A stretch of DNA of 64,000 bases from the IMG/VR virus record IMGVR_UViG_3300032038_000011, positions 1-64,000 of that record. One strand, 5' to 3'. A program made the position numbers and the translations under genes. Positions 49,167 through 59,270 of this stretch are shown one piece after another. The notes under the pieces are model-generated. The model made no database searches. It was not told the DNA's origin and saw only the letters and a list, made by a program, of their open reading frames with translations. Source of the DNA: a virus (lineage: Duplodnaviria > Caudoviricetes). Position 1 is the first letter of the stretch. Each line of letters opens with the position of its first letter.

Positions 49167-49697
49167 TTATTTACAAAACCATTTTCTTGCTTCTTCTTCT
49201 GTCATACCACGAAGCATTGTAGCACTAATAGGGAAATTTTCTCTTGGAGGATCAACTAATACGTGTTCTGCCCACGGATAGGCACGTCTGAAATATTCGT
49301 CATAAGAAATTTCGCTACTAAAAGCCGCATTTAATTTCCCACAAGCATTAAGAACAAGTGGAGTTTCTGCATCCCAATCTTCTTTACCCTCGGCTGTCTT
49401 ACAATTTGTAACATCAATAAAAACTGGTGTTACATTACTAAATTTAGAACAAATACGTCGGAGTTCTTCTTTTCTAGCTTCTACACTAAGATACTTTTTG
49501 TCAAGAGTGGTATCATTTTTAATAATTTCTAACTCTTGATCGCCGCCATAGAATAGAATACAATATACTTTATCGCAAAGTAAAGCGGCAGTATTCAAAC
49601 AAAAGAAATGACCTCGATGAAATGGAATAAATTTTCCACCATACATTCCTATCTTATAGTGAAGATTAGCCTGAAAAGCATCTTCCCATTTAATCAA
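49167..49697 (-). CDS. NadR-type NMN adenylyltransferase domain (no kinase domain)
   Basis: GMYGGKFIPFHRGH, FSSE..Y, VD..R..PISAT..R; next to pnuC. Confidence 0.8.
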   Translation of the reverse strand: MIKWEDAFQANLHYKIGMYGGKFIPFHRGHFFCLNTAALLCDKVYCILFYGGDQELEIIKNDTTLDKKYLSVEARKEELRRICSKFSNVTPVFIDVTNCKTAEGKEDWDAETPLVLNACGKLNAAFSSEISYDEYFRRAYPWAEHVLVDPPRENFPISATMLRGMTEEEARKWFCK

Positions 49698-49790
49698 AAT
49701 ATCTTCTCTCCTTTCTTATGTATATATTATACCAGAAATTCAAGTTGAAGTCAATCTTTTTTAATAATTAAATCTCGCCATTTTTCGCAC

Positions 49791-52320
49791 TTAATTGTTC
49801 ACTGATACTTCGCATTTACTTTTTTCCTTTGAAATAAATATAAAATCTTCTGGTTTGGCTTTTGACAAATCCATTTCAATAATTATATTTTCTGGTTTTT
49901 TTGAGCCTAAAATTGTTTTTTCAAAATCTTCTCTATTAGAATTATTTTCATATGAAAATGTATAATTACAATTTAAACAATCGCAATATACTGTTTCAGA
50001 ATTCTTATCAGGATTTATATTTATCCCATCTTTATATATTGGAGGATAATATACCGCAGTAACAGTTGAATATTTTACTTGATAATAACTTTTGCCGCAA
50101 TTTGGACACTTAATCATACGAGCCTCCCAGTCCTGCCATAGACATATGCCAAGCACTTTCTTCATCATCTACATTTTCATAAACTTCTTGCCAAGGACAC
50201 CATTTTGGTTTAAGCCAATTAGCCCAAATATCAGGAACTGATTCAGAAGTATTCCATTCAATAACAACCATTTCCTGTTTTGCGGCCGCGCAATATCGAA
50301 TTAGATATTGAACTCCTTGTACATTTTCTTTGTCTATAGCGTAAGTTTGCATACAAGGACATTCTATACATTTTTGCGGCATTCTTCTATTTAAAGCAAT
50401 CATTAATCATCAATCCTCATATAAGTTTCTTCAAAAATATCTTCTCTACAAGGATAATATTCACCCTTTGGTCCACGAATAATCCAACTACCAGGAATAG
50501 CTTTCATTTCTCCTTCTAAAGTATGAATAAAAAGATTATTTGAACCGTCAATAACTGGATGATTATCTCCCATAAAATTAGCGATTTGATCAAAATTATG
50601 TCCGGTCCACTGAAAAGCATCAATTGGAATAGGCTTCTTTACAAACTTCATATTAGTCCTCCTTAATTTCTTTAGTAATATAAACGGGTGTACTTTTTTC
50701 TTCTTCTAAAGGAGTATTTTGCCATAAATAAACTCCCATATTTATGATAATACTAATATTTAGAACAATAATGAAAAGAATAAAAATTTCCATAATACCT
50801 CTTAATGATAGTTTTTACCATAAATACCAATTTCACCATTGGAAAGATAATACGGTGAGACGCCAAAAGCATAGCTACCTTCCGAGCCAATTATATAATA
50901 CATAACCTTTGTGTCTGGGTCATAACCGAGTCTAACAGAATATTCGCCTATAGCGCGCGAATAAAGCGTTTTAATTACATAAAAATTAGCAATAGTTTCA
51001 ACCGTTTGTCCGTTATCAAGAGCAATTCGCTTTGAGCAACCTGTTAGTGCGAGAAGTATACCTAAAATTAAAATAAAAATTAAAACTTTCTTCATATTAT
51101 CTCCTTAAAACTTATCTGCCATCCAAATACCAAGTTTCGCGCCTAAAAACGCCCCAATAATATAACCAATAAGCCAGTAGAAAAATCTCATTTAAAACAT
51201 CTCCGTCATAAGTATATCAAGATAATCGGATTCTAATCCAAGATAAGAAGCAAGAATATCTTCTGCTTCTTGCCAATATCCTTGTGCAACTGCTTCTTCC
51301 ATTTCTTCCATACATTCACTAACGAGATTGGTTGCTTCTAAAACAGAAATATTATCTCTATGCATAATTAAGTTAATAACATCATTCACTGAATTCATTT
51401 ACATACTCCCATTCATTACATTCTTCTCGTATTTTATCATCTGGTTTAGTATCCCACCAACGATAACGTTTATCGCGCCATTTTTCCGCAAATAACTCGT
51501 CAATAGCTTCTCTTACTTCATTTTCCCAATTATTACAAAAATAATGATTCCCATTTATCATTATAGGCTGTTGAGTAAAGCCAATGTCAAACATATAAGG
51601 CTGAAGAGAGGTATGACCATCAAAATAACATTCAAGCCATACTACCTCTCCAATTTCACCTATAGAACAAATGTCAGAAGTTGTAAGAAGTTTACTCATA
51701 ACGTGGCTCCAGTCCAAGTGCGGTGGCAATTTCAGCAGGAATAGGTTGGTCGGCCTTTTCATTTAAACGATCTTCAAGTCTAGCTCCTGCACTATATTCA
51801 TCAATGAAATAAACGCTCTTTGGTGTAGTTAAACCCATTTTCTTTAAGTATTCGCGCCAAGTAGGATATTTAGGCTCGGGGTGCTCTGCAGCCCAAGTAT
51901 TAACTACTTCTTCAATCTTTCCCCAATCGGTTGCTTCATCCATCGCCCAAATAGCGTCGCAATTGTGAATAGGGCAAATATGACAACAATCTTCTTGATA
52001 ATGTTCGTCATAATACTTACACATGCGTTGCCAATCGCGCATGATTTGAGCGAAATTTGTCATTCCCATGTATATTTGTCTCCCTTATATTCTTCAATTT
52101 CCATAACAGGTGTTTCAATCATGTGCGCGCCGCAGTGATGACAAAATTTTTCAGCAGAAGGAAAAGCAGAACTGCCATTAAAAGCCATAGTTTTACAATT
52201 GCTACAATGGAAAATTCCTCCGTGCCAAGAGCCATCCGCATCAGTGTATAAATCATAAATCCAATGAGCTGTAATTTCCATAATAATCTCCTTATTCATC
52301 TTCATTAATTCCAATTTCAT
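49791..52320 (-). CDS. Run of small hypothetical ORFs (49791, 50110, 50403, 50802 lipoprotein-like, 51192, 51382, 51692, 52060)
   Basis: ORF track; several CxxC motifs; LTGC lipobox in 50802..51095. Confidence 0.55.
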
Positions 52321-53467
52321 TTTTACTTACAAGAGTTTGGAGATGCGCGGAAAGACTCTTCGCGCGCATCTCTTTATAAAATTCGTTCGCATTCTGCACC
52401 TTATTATCAAGCCGCGCGAAAAGAAAAGACTTTAGTGGCCCGATATAAGTACAAGCATAACGAGCAAAATCTGCACGAGTAGCAGGAGAATGCGACATTA
52501 TAGTAGAGAAAGCTAAGTCAGCAATATCAATTAAATGTTGCAACTGATGAATAACTTCATCAACAAAAGAACGAAATTCCGGATAATAGGCAATAAAATC
52601 ATCAAGAGAATCATTTTGCCACATTTCCACAACTCGTAGAACAGTTAAAGCTCCATTACCACGCAGCTTATGTAGCCGCAAGTATTCGTCGCCTTTAACC
52701 TTTATACGCAGAACAGAACCATTTTCTTTTTGATTATACGCAGTAACTACATAGCCTTCTTCATCTACGCCCATCTTATGCGCGGCTTCAATACATTCTG
52801 CAAGAGAAGTATAATGAAAATGGCGCGGACGCTTAACCCAAGAAGAATTCCAAAATAAGAAATCTTCGATTCCCATTCCAGTATCTTCTTCCATATTCAT
52901 CATCTTACGCATACCAAGAAAATAAATCGCAGCTTCATTGTAATGAATAACAATACGGTTCATCGGAGATACCATTTCAAACCAGTAGGTATACAAAGGA
53001 GATAGAGTAGAAAGAAATTCACCCCAAGAAACATGCTGCTGGATGATAGACTTAAAGATAGCACCAAAAGTAGTATCGCCGCATTCAGCCTTGAAAGCAT
53101 CAATAGTTCCATTAGTAGAAATATGCCATTCATTCCGGTCATACCATACTTTAATAATAGAACCATCAATCTTTTCCTGTACGTCTACGCCAAGAGTCCA
53201 ATCTATACGATTAGTAGAAGCATAAGATTCTCCATAGTTACCAAATTTATCCATTGCGCGGCAAATACAAAACCATTCACCCGCATCATTTTGACGAAAG
53301 ATAGACCCGCGCGCTTCAATAACTTCAGGTAGGTTAAAATCAGACTGAATCATATTATACTTTAAGATATAATAATCTCCATCCTGCTTGGTTTCAATAA
53401 AATACGGAGCAACAGCTAATTTAGCTTGCCAATCCGAATTTTCATTCATAAACTTAGTCAAATACAT
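52292..53467 (-). CDS. T4 Rnl1-like RNA ligase
   Basis: EARG.IF, KF.N, EKIDGS (motif I), FEM..P.NRIV, EGYVV, IKVK..Y. Confidence 0.85.
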   Translation of the reverse strand: MYLTKFMNENSDWQAKLAVAPYFIETKQDGDYYILKYNMIQSDFNLPEVIEARGSIFRQNDAGEWFCICRAMDKFGNYGESYASTNRIDWTLGVDVQEKIDGSIIKVWYDRNEWHISTNGTIDAFKAECGDTTFGAIFKSIIQQHVSWGEFLSTLSPLYTYWFEMVSPMNRIVIHYNEAAIYFLGMRKMMNMEEDTGMGIEDFLFWNSSWVKRPRHFHYTSLAECIEAAHKMGVDEEGYVVTAYNQKENGSVLRIKVKGDEYLRLHKLRGNGALTVLRVVEMWQNDSLDDFIAYYPEFRSFVDEVIHQLQHLIDIADLAFSTIMSHSPATRADFARYACTYIGPLKSFLFARLDNKVQNANEFYKEMRAKSLSAHLQTLVSKNEIGINEDE

Positions 53468-53498
53468 ATTGTTGTTGCTCCTTTCCTTTTATGTATAT

Positions 53499-53527
53499 AT
53501 TATAATATAATTTTATATTAAAGTCAA
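53499..53527 (-). promoter_or_regulatory. sigma-A type promoter of the RNA ligase operon
   Basis: TTGACT-N17-TATAAT. Confidence 0.8.
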
Positions 53528-53669
53528 GGAGTAGGTTTATAGGATTTTTTATATAGTAAAAAATCTGGGAAATTAATCCCAGAAATGAAAATGAAATTAG
53601 GGGGGTTGGTTTAAGGGCTATAGAGTTTAAAAATAAAATTAAAACTTAATTGCGCGAATCAAAATGAAA

Positions 53670-54793
53670 TTACCAACATTCATCATGTGGAGCCCAAATG
53701 TTGCCCCAAATAGCTTCTTCTTGCTTATCATAAAAATTTTGTAAAGTTTCTAAGTCATGCTGCTGCTCTAAAATTAATTTTCTAGCTTCAACAATCATTC
53801 TATCACAACCATGAATAAAATTTTTATGATATTCACAATTTTCGCAATCTTCTCTAATACAAGCTTCTAAACCTTTAATAACTCTATCAAATAAATCCTT
53901 AGTCATCTTCAATCACCGTATCATTCCAACAAACATTTAGACCGCTATTATTCGTAAATGTGCTAAAACCTAAATCATATAGCCAATCTCTAGTATCTTG
54001 ACTAATAGTTGGTAGTACTGCAGAAAAACAACCTTTGTATGCCGCATTTAAAATTATCTCAGCAACAAATTCTCTTTCTCGTGCGGCAATAGCTTCGTGT
54101 GCAATTTTATTACATTGCTTCACATTTAACTCTACTTTCTCAAGCAGAACACCATTCATATCATAAGTATTTTCCATATCATTCACCATTCTATATAATG
54201 TTCAAAAAGAAGTGAAGCTTCACTAACTTTAAAGCCTTCTGCGCGCAAAGCTTCAATTTGTTCAGGGGTTAATTGCATATAACAACCATGACTGCCTCGT
54301 GAAGCACTTTTTTCAATAGCTTTAGCAACTGAGGGATAAGCATGCTCAATGTCTTTTGCTTCTTTAGTTAATTTTCTTATCTTATCAATAAATCTCATTA
54401 CCAATTACTCTCCATTCCACTTATATAAAAATCATTTAATAGTTCAATTAAATATTTGGCTTCTTGATATGGCTTTTTATTAATATAATCAATCCAATAA
54501 TTATACCATTCATTACTATAATTAAAATTCTTTTGGACTAATTGTAAATTTTTAATAAAGACTTGATAACTTTCAGAATCATAAATATGTTTTGATTTAA
54601 TCGCGCGAATAACTTCAACTTGCATCATACAGGGATAATTCATATATTCTGTATAAAAAGAGCGCATAATAAGTTTTTCATCTTTCTTTAACTTAAAGCG
54701 TTCCATTTCTTCTTTACTTTCAAAATAATAATTGTAACGTATTATTTCAAAATTTTCTTCTTTACGAATAACCGATTCAGTACCTTTTTTCAC
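53670..54793 (-). CDS. Four small hypothetical ORFs (53670, 53899, 54183, 54398)
   Basis: ORF track; promoter at 54824..54852. Confidence 0.55.
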
Positions 54794-54852
54794 TTAACTC
54801 AACCTCTCTTACTTTATATAAATATTATACACCAAAATTTCCTAAAAGTCAA

Positions 54853-55392
54853 CAAACGGGTCCCCTTGGGGACCGGTGACTCAAAAAGCGCGAAGCGCTT
54901 TTTGAGGAACGGGAAGGGGGACATAAGGTTTTCGCGCGGTTGTAAGAAAAGGAAAAATATAGCATTTTAAGTATTTAATATATGGTACATCCTTGTTGTA
55001 AAGAAAAGAAGAGATATGAATTTCTAGTATGTATAAGGTTAAATATAGAGAAGAGATAAGGAAGTTGTGAATTTGGGAGGGAAGGGTTGGTTTTAAAGTG
55101 AGGAGAATTTTGGGGTGTAGAAATTATAGTAGTGCGCCAAATTTTAACTCTTGTCAAGTATCTAACTCTATAAAATTTTTATCGAAAAAAAATGAATCCG
55201 GGGTTCTAGAGAATCTCGGATAAAAATTTTTTCTGACAAAATTTTTACCCCACCTCTTATAAATAGGTGGGGTAAATTTCTCGTCAGCATTTTAGAAAAA
55301 GTCAAATACTTGACTGTAGTAATTTTTTATCGAAAAAAAATGAGTCCGGGGGTGTCTATATAGACCCCCGGACCCAAATTTTTTCGATTTTT
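54853..55392. repeat. Non-coding region with five inverted repeats and a ~30-bp direct repeat (origin-like)
   Basis: Hairpins at 54859, 54880, 55197, 55233, 55329; AATTTTTATCGAAAAAAAATGARTCCGGGG twice. Confidence 0.65.
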
Positions 55393-56634
55393 CTACCTTT
55401 TAGAAATTATATGTCCATAATAAGCACCAGTTCCAACTTGTTCGATATTATAATTTTTAGAAATATCTTTTTTAAAAGAAGTCCATTTCTTAGGATAACC
55501 AATTTCTTGAATTAATTGTTCTTTATCTTCCTTTCCTAATTTACGGTTTAAATAATTATCTGGTATAATCCATTGAGTGTTTGCTATATCAGCTCTTACA
55601 GCTTGTTTTCTATTTAAACGTTTTTCATTAGCAGCCAATTGACTGTTATAATTATATTGTACTTGCCAATCTCCACGTTTTCTACCTGGGAATTGAATTT
55701 GTATATCCTTATTCCCACTATGTACAATTACAATTTGTACATTGTCGTCAATTAAATTCCAGCCTGTAGCATATGCTTCTGTGAGTATTATATCATCTAT
55801 GTCATCTGGATACTTATGATTATGTTGCAAGTGATTGACAATGTCTAACTGATTATTTGTCATTGGCTTTAAGGCTCGTCTAGACCATAAACAAACAACT
55901 TTACGTCCTGTATTTTCTTGAATTTCGCGCGCAAATTGTTCACCTTGTTCTATTGTAGGAACAAATATTAAACGTTTGACTTCTGGATTTGCGCGAAGTA
56001 GGACGTGAATATCTGAGTACTCATATTTCTGAAATACTTCATAGGCTATTAGCTGTTCTTGAATTTGAATTTCATTTATATATGATTTTAAACGTGCCCA
56101 TTTTTCTAAGTTATCCGCGGTTGCCGTTAAGCCAAACCACCACACTCCTTTCAGCTCTGCCCAGTGAAGTAAAGTGTCTATGGCTATATAGGAAAATGAT
56201 TCTTGTGAAAGTATAAGACAAATAACTTCTCGTGAGCTTTCTGGATTGCGCTTCCATATATTAGCTTCGTCTATTCTCACATACTTGATTAAATTATGAA
56301 TTTCGTCACAGCATATATAATCAAACATTTCAGCTACCAGTTCTCCACGCTTAACCATTGCGCCAAATTTTTGATAGTTTAATATATAGGGCTTATCCAG
56401 CTTCTCGCCCCACATTTGACATTCTTCGAGGGCTATTTTCTCTTCCTCACCCATTGTTGTGTCAATTAAAATAAGGCATCGCTGCGGCGCGACACCCAAT
56501 TGTTTTGGTATAGTATTTATTGCCGCTGTGGTTTTACCTTGACCAGTTTGCGCGACAATTAGGTTCAAACGCCCGCGCTCGTAATTTGGGCACTCTAAAT
56601 CAAGTGCTTCGGATAAATGTAATCCTTCTCTCAT
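55393..56634 (-). CDS. SF2 (DExH) helicase-like protein
   Basis: AQTGQGKT, CDEIH, GLTAT, TGWN, QFPGR.R. Confidence 0.75.
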   Translation of the reverse strand: MREGLHLSEALDLECPNYERGRLNLIVAQTGQGKTTAAINTIPKQLGVAPQRCLILIDTTMGEEEKIALEECQMWGEKLDKPYILNYQKFGAMVKRGELVAEMFDYICCDEIHNLIKYVRIDEANIWKRNPESSREVICLILSQESFSYIAIDTLLHWAELKGVWWFGLTATADNLEKWARLKSYINEIQIQEQLIAYEVFQKYEYSDIHVLLRANPEVKRLIFVPTIEQGEQFAREIQENTGRKVVCLWSRRALKPMTNNQLDIVNHLQHNHKYPDDIDDIILTEAYATGWNLIDDNVQIVIVHSGNKDIQIQFPGRKRGDWQVQYNYNSQLAANEKRLNRKQAVRADIANTQWIIPDNYLNRKLGKEDKEQLIQEIGYPKKWTSFKKDISKNYNIEQVGTGAYYGHIISKR

Positions 56635-56718
56635 TTTTTTACACTCCTTTTTTGAAATTTTCTTTCAAAATTAAGGTATTTTTATTTATTTTTAAATTAT
56701 TTTAAATTATTTTATCAA

Positions 56719-56820
56719 ATTTCCAGCTTTTTTCTTGTTGACTATGAGAAAAATTTCCAGCTCCTTTTCCAGCTTATTTCCAGCTCCTTACGGGGAAAAT
56801 ATGCGCGCGAAAACTCAGCT
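56719..56820. repeat. Dispersed short repeats TTTCCAGCT (4 copies + 1 partial)
   Basis: Seen directly. Confidence 0.7.
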
Positions 56821-56953
56821 TGAACACACAACTTCCCTCCCCTCTTTCTAATACTATTATAACATAATTTTATATCCAAGTCAAGAAGTAGGTTTTAGTA
56901 TGGTAGCACTTTACTATGGTACTATGGTACCACTTTACCAGGGTGAAGTATTG

Positions 56954-57005
56954 TTAGGGGTTTGTAAATTAGAATGGCCGTTTAGTCTAATTTACGTAGG
57001 TTTAA
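56954..57005. repeat. 52-bp palindromic site 1
   Basis: TTAG-N6-GTAAATTAGA-ATGG-CCGT-TTAG-TCTAATTTAC-N6-TTAA. Confidence 0.85.
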
Positions 57006-57006
57006 C

Positions 57007-57035
57007 TTGACTTCTTGCGTGGTCTGTGCTATACT
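57007..57035 (+). promoter_or_regulatory. sigma-A promoter abutting site 1
   Basis: TTGACT-N17-TATACT. Confidence 0.8.
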
Positions 57036-57065
57036 TATATCATCAAATGAAAGGAGATTTCAGAT

Positions 57066-57281
57066 ATGCCTTATAAGATGATTAAATGCCCGAAGTGTGG
57101 AGTTGAGGGAAGTTTTGAGATTGTCGCGGATTCTGCGCTTGGTTGGAACTATAACTATAATTGTTATAGTAAGATAGTTTTCTGTACTTGTCAGAATTGT
57201 AATACTTCCTTCTCTGCGGAAGAACTTTACGACATTATCGGATATGATGAAGATAGTGTTAAGATTGTGGAGGTAGTATAA
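57066..57281 (+). CDS. Zn-ribbon protein
   Basis: CPKC...CQNC; AAAGGAG RBS. Confidence 0.7.
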   Translation: MPYKMIKCPKCGVEGSFEIVADSALGWNYNYNCYSKIVFCTCQNCNTSFSAEELYDIIGYDEDSVKIVEVV

Positions 57282-57282
57282 T

Positions 57283-57663
57283 ATGCGAAAGAATCATACT
57301 CATCGTGGATTTTATGTTAATCTGAAAAAGAAAAAAGTTACTGGAACTCTTTTGAAGGGTCGGACAGGGAAAAATATGAGTGTCCTTAAAATATATGAAT
57401 ACCGAGATTTTTTGTGGTATCTACATTTTAATGAATTTCAAGAGTATGGTTTGTTACTTCCTATCTATAGACTTCGTAAAAATTTGAAGTATCGAAAACC
57501 TATTATTAAAAGATGGGAAAAAGAATCGCGACACTTAAAGTGTCGTTTTATTTTTGTGTTAATTAAATTGTACGTACACTCTATTTTACCATACTTTAAC
57601 TTGACATATTACATACTATCTGCTATAATTGATTTATCAAATGAAGGGAGCGCAAGCGAATGA
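57283..57663 (+). CDS. Basic hypothetical protein (3' end runs through a terminator and site 2)
   Basis: ORF with GGAGG RBS. Confidence 0.5.
   Translation: MRKNHTHRGFYVNLKKKKVTGTLLKGRTGKNMSVLKIYEYRDFLWYLHFNEFQEYGLLLPIYRLRKNLKYRKPIIKRWEKESRHLKCRFIFVLIKLYVHSILPYFNLTYYILSAIIDLSNEGSASE
57548..57599. repeat. 52-bp palindromic site 2
   Basis: TTAT-N6-GTTAATTAAA-TTGT-ACGT-ACAC-TCTATTTTAC-N6-TTAA, then TTGACA. Confidence 0.75.
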
Positions 57664-58209
57664 TTAGTGGAATTTTAACGGATATTTTGGGATATATTCT
57701 GTTTACAAGTTTTATTTTTTGTTTCTTTGGCGGCTGTGTTTACCTAATTATATATGGTGTTCGGCAATATTTAGAAGAAGAAGATGGGTTCTTTATTTTC
57801 GCAACTGTTATAGGATGTGTTGGCGCTATGATTGTTATAATTATCGTCTTAAAAGCTTTTGGACTATAATTGGAGGATATGTAATATGAAGAAAATTAGT
57901 TATAATGATGCTGCTTATATTTGCCGCTACAAAGAAAAGCATTTTTTTGAGAAGTATTTTTGTAATCATTATATTTGGATGAATAATCCAAATGAAGGAA
58001 TAATAAAAAAAGATATGAAAATTTGGTTTTATATCTTAACATTTATTCCTATCTGTATTCTTCAATTTATTTGTCTCTTGTGGGATGGTGGTATAAAGCA
58101 TTTTGAGATTCCTTCTATTAACATAATGGCTTATAACGTCACCGGACTAACTTCTGATAATGATGATACCACTATGTTTGGTAGGTTTAAGCAAGTATAT
58201 AATAAATAG
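57660..58209 (+). CDS. Two small membrane-associated hypothetical proteins (57660..57869 and ~57886..58209)
   Basis: ORF track, hydrophobic segments; terminator at 58204..58230. Confidence 0.6.
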
Positions 58210-58228
58210 CGGCAAAACCGCTATTTTT

Positions 58229-58280
58229 TTAATTATATGTAAATTAGATGTCACGTGTAATCTAATTCACGCAATTTTAA
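58229..58280. repeat. 52-bp palindromic site 3
   Basis: TTAA-N6-GTAAATTAGA-TGTC-ACGT-GTAA-TCTAATTCAC-N6-TTAA. Confidence 0.9.
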
Positions 58281-58357
58281 CTTGACTATTCTAACTTTAT
58301 ATGTTATACTTATTTCAACAGATGAAGGAAAACATCTCAAACCAGAAAGGCATTAGA

Positions 58358-59008
58358 ATGTTTAAGTATGAGTGGGAAATTCAGGAAGCAAACAAAGAGT
58401 ATCTCGAACAGAGACAAATGTGCTTGGATGCTTATCAATCCATAGCAGAATGGGTTGGAGAAAAAGAAATTCAAACCGAAGTTAAAGGCACTGATGAAAA
58501 TATGTGCCGTTATATAGCCTTTGGTGACGTTGAACCGGAAATAGACGGTTACGAAAAAGGAATACTTTCAATTAATGCTCGTGTAGCTATTAAAAAGTAT
58601 TATACTTTTATCGAAGGTCAAGGTTATATACGGACGAAAGAATCTAATTTCATTGACCGTAGCGATCGCGACAAGTTCGAGAAAAATAATATTGAATATC
58701 CTAAAACTTGCGGTCTTTACATGATAGGGCAGACGTTTGTTAATCCTATCACTAATGAAAAGTTTTATTGGATTAAGGTTGGAGAAGCGCAAAATCTGGC
58801 ACGTCGTAGACATGATTACAATTCTATGACCGCTATGATTTGGGATATTGGATATTATACTAAAGATGATTTGACTGAATCTGAATGTCACGATAAATTG
58901 AAAGATATTGCCCTTCATCGTCATGCGGACGAATGGTTTTCTGTATCGCGCGAAAACTATTTGAAAATTTGCGAACAGGGCTTTGAATGGTTCAAAGAGG
59001 ATGAATAA
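58358..59008 (+). CDS. GIY-YIG-like (T5orf172/MUG113) domain protein
   Basis: GLYMIG...IKVG...NL.RR..Y...E..CH..L...EWF; start at ATG after CAGAAAGG. Confidence 0.6.
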   Translation: MFKYEWEIQEANKEYLEQRQMCLDAYQSIAEWVGEKEIQTEVKGTDENMCRYIAFGDVEPEIDGYEKGILSINARVAIKKYYTFIEGQGYIRTKESNFIDRSDRDKFEKNNIEYPKTCGLYMIGQTFVNPITNEKFYWIKVGEAQNLARRRHDYNSMTAMIWDIGYYTKDDLTESECHDKLKDIALHRHADEWFSVSRENYLKICEQGFEWFKEDE

Positions 59009-59017
59009 TCCTCTTTT

Positions 59018-59069
59018 TTAATTTAGTGTAAATTAGACTATACGTATTGTTTAATTTACATTCGCTTAA
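59018..59069. repeat. 52-bp palindromic site 4 (between two convergent terminators)
   Basis: TTAA-N6-GTAAATTAGA-CTAT-ACGT-ATTG-TTTAATTTAC-N6-TTAA. Confidence 0.9.
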
Positions 59070-59089
59070 AATTAAGGCGCTTTCGCGCC

Positions 59090-59269
59090 TTAATCTTTCA
59101 TTTCCTGAATATCTTCATCCCTTGTGTAAACAAGAACTTCCGTCCATCCCCAAGTTTTATTGCATTTAGGGCAAGTTCCATAACCAATATCATAATATGC
59201 GTGATTATGGTATTCGGTATCTACTACATCCTCAAAAGTAACTGTTTCGCCGCAATTAGGACATTTCAA
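59090..59269 (-). CDS. 59-aa Zn-ribbon protein (not in ORF track)
   Basis: Hand translation MKCPNCGE...CPKC...; AAGGAAG RBS, TTG start. Confidence 0.65.
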   Translation of the reverse strand: MKCPNCGETVTFEDVVDTEYHNHAYYDIGYGTCPKCNKTWGWTEVLVYTRDEDIQEMKD

Positions 59270-59270
59270 A

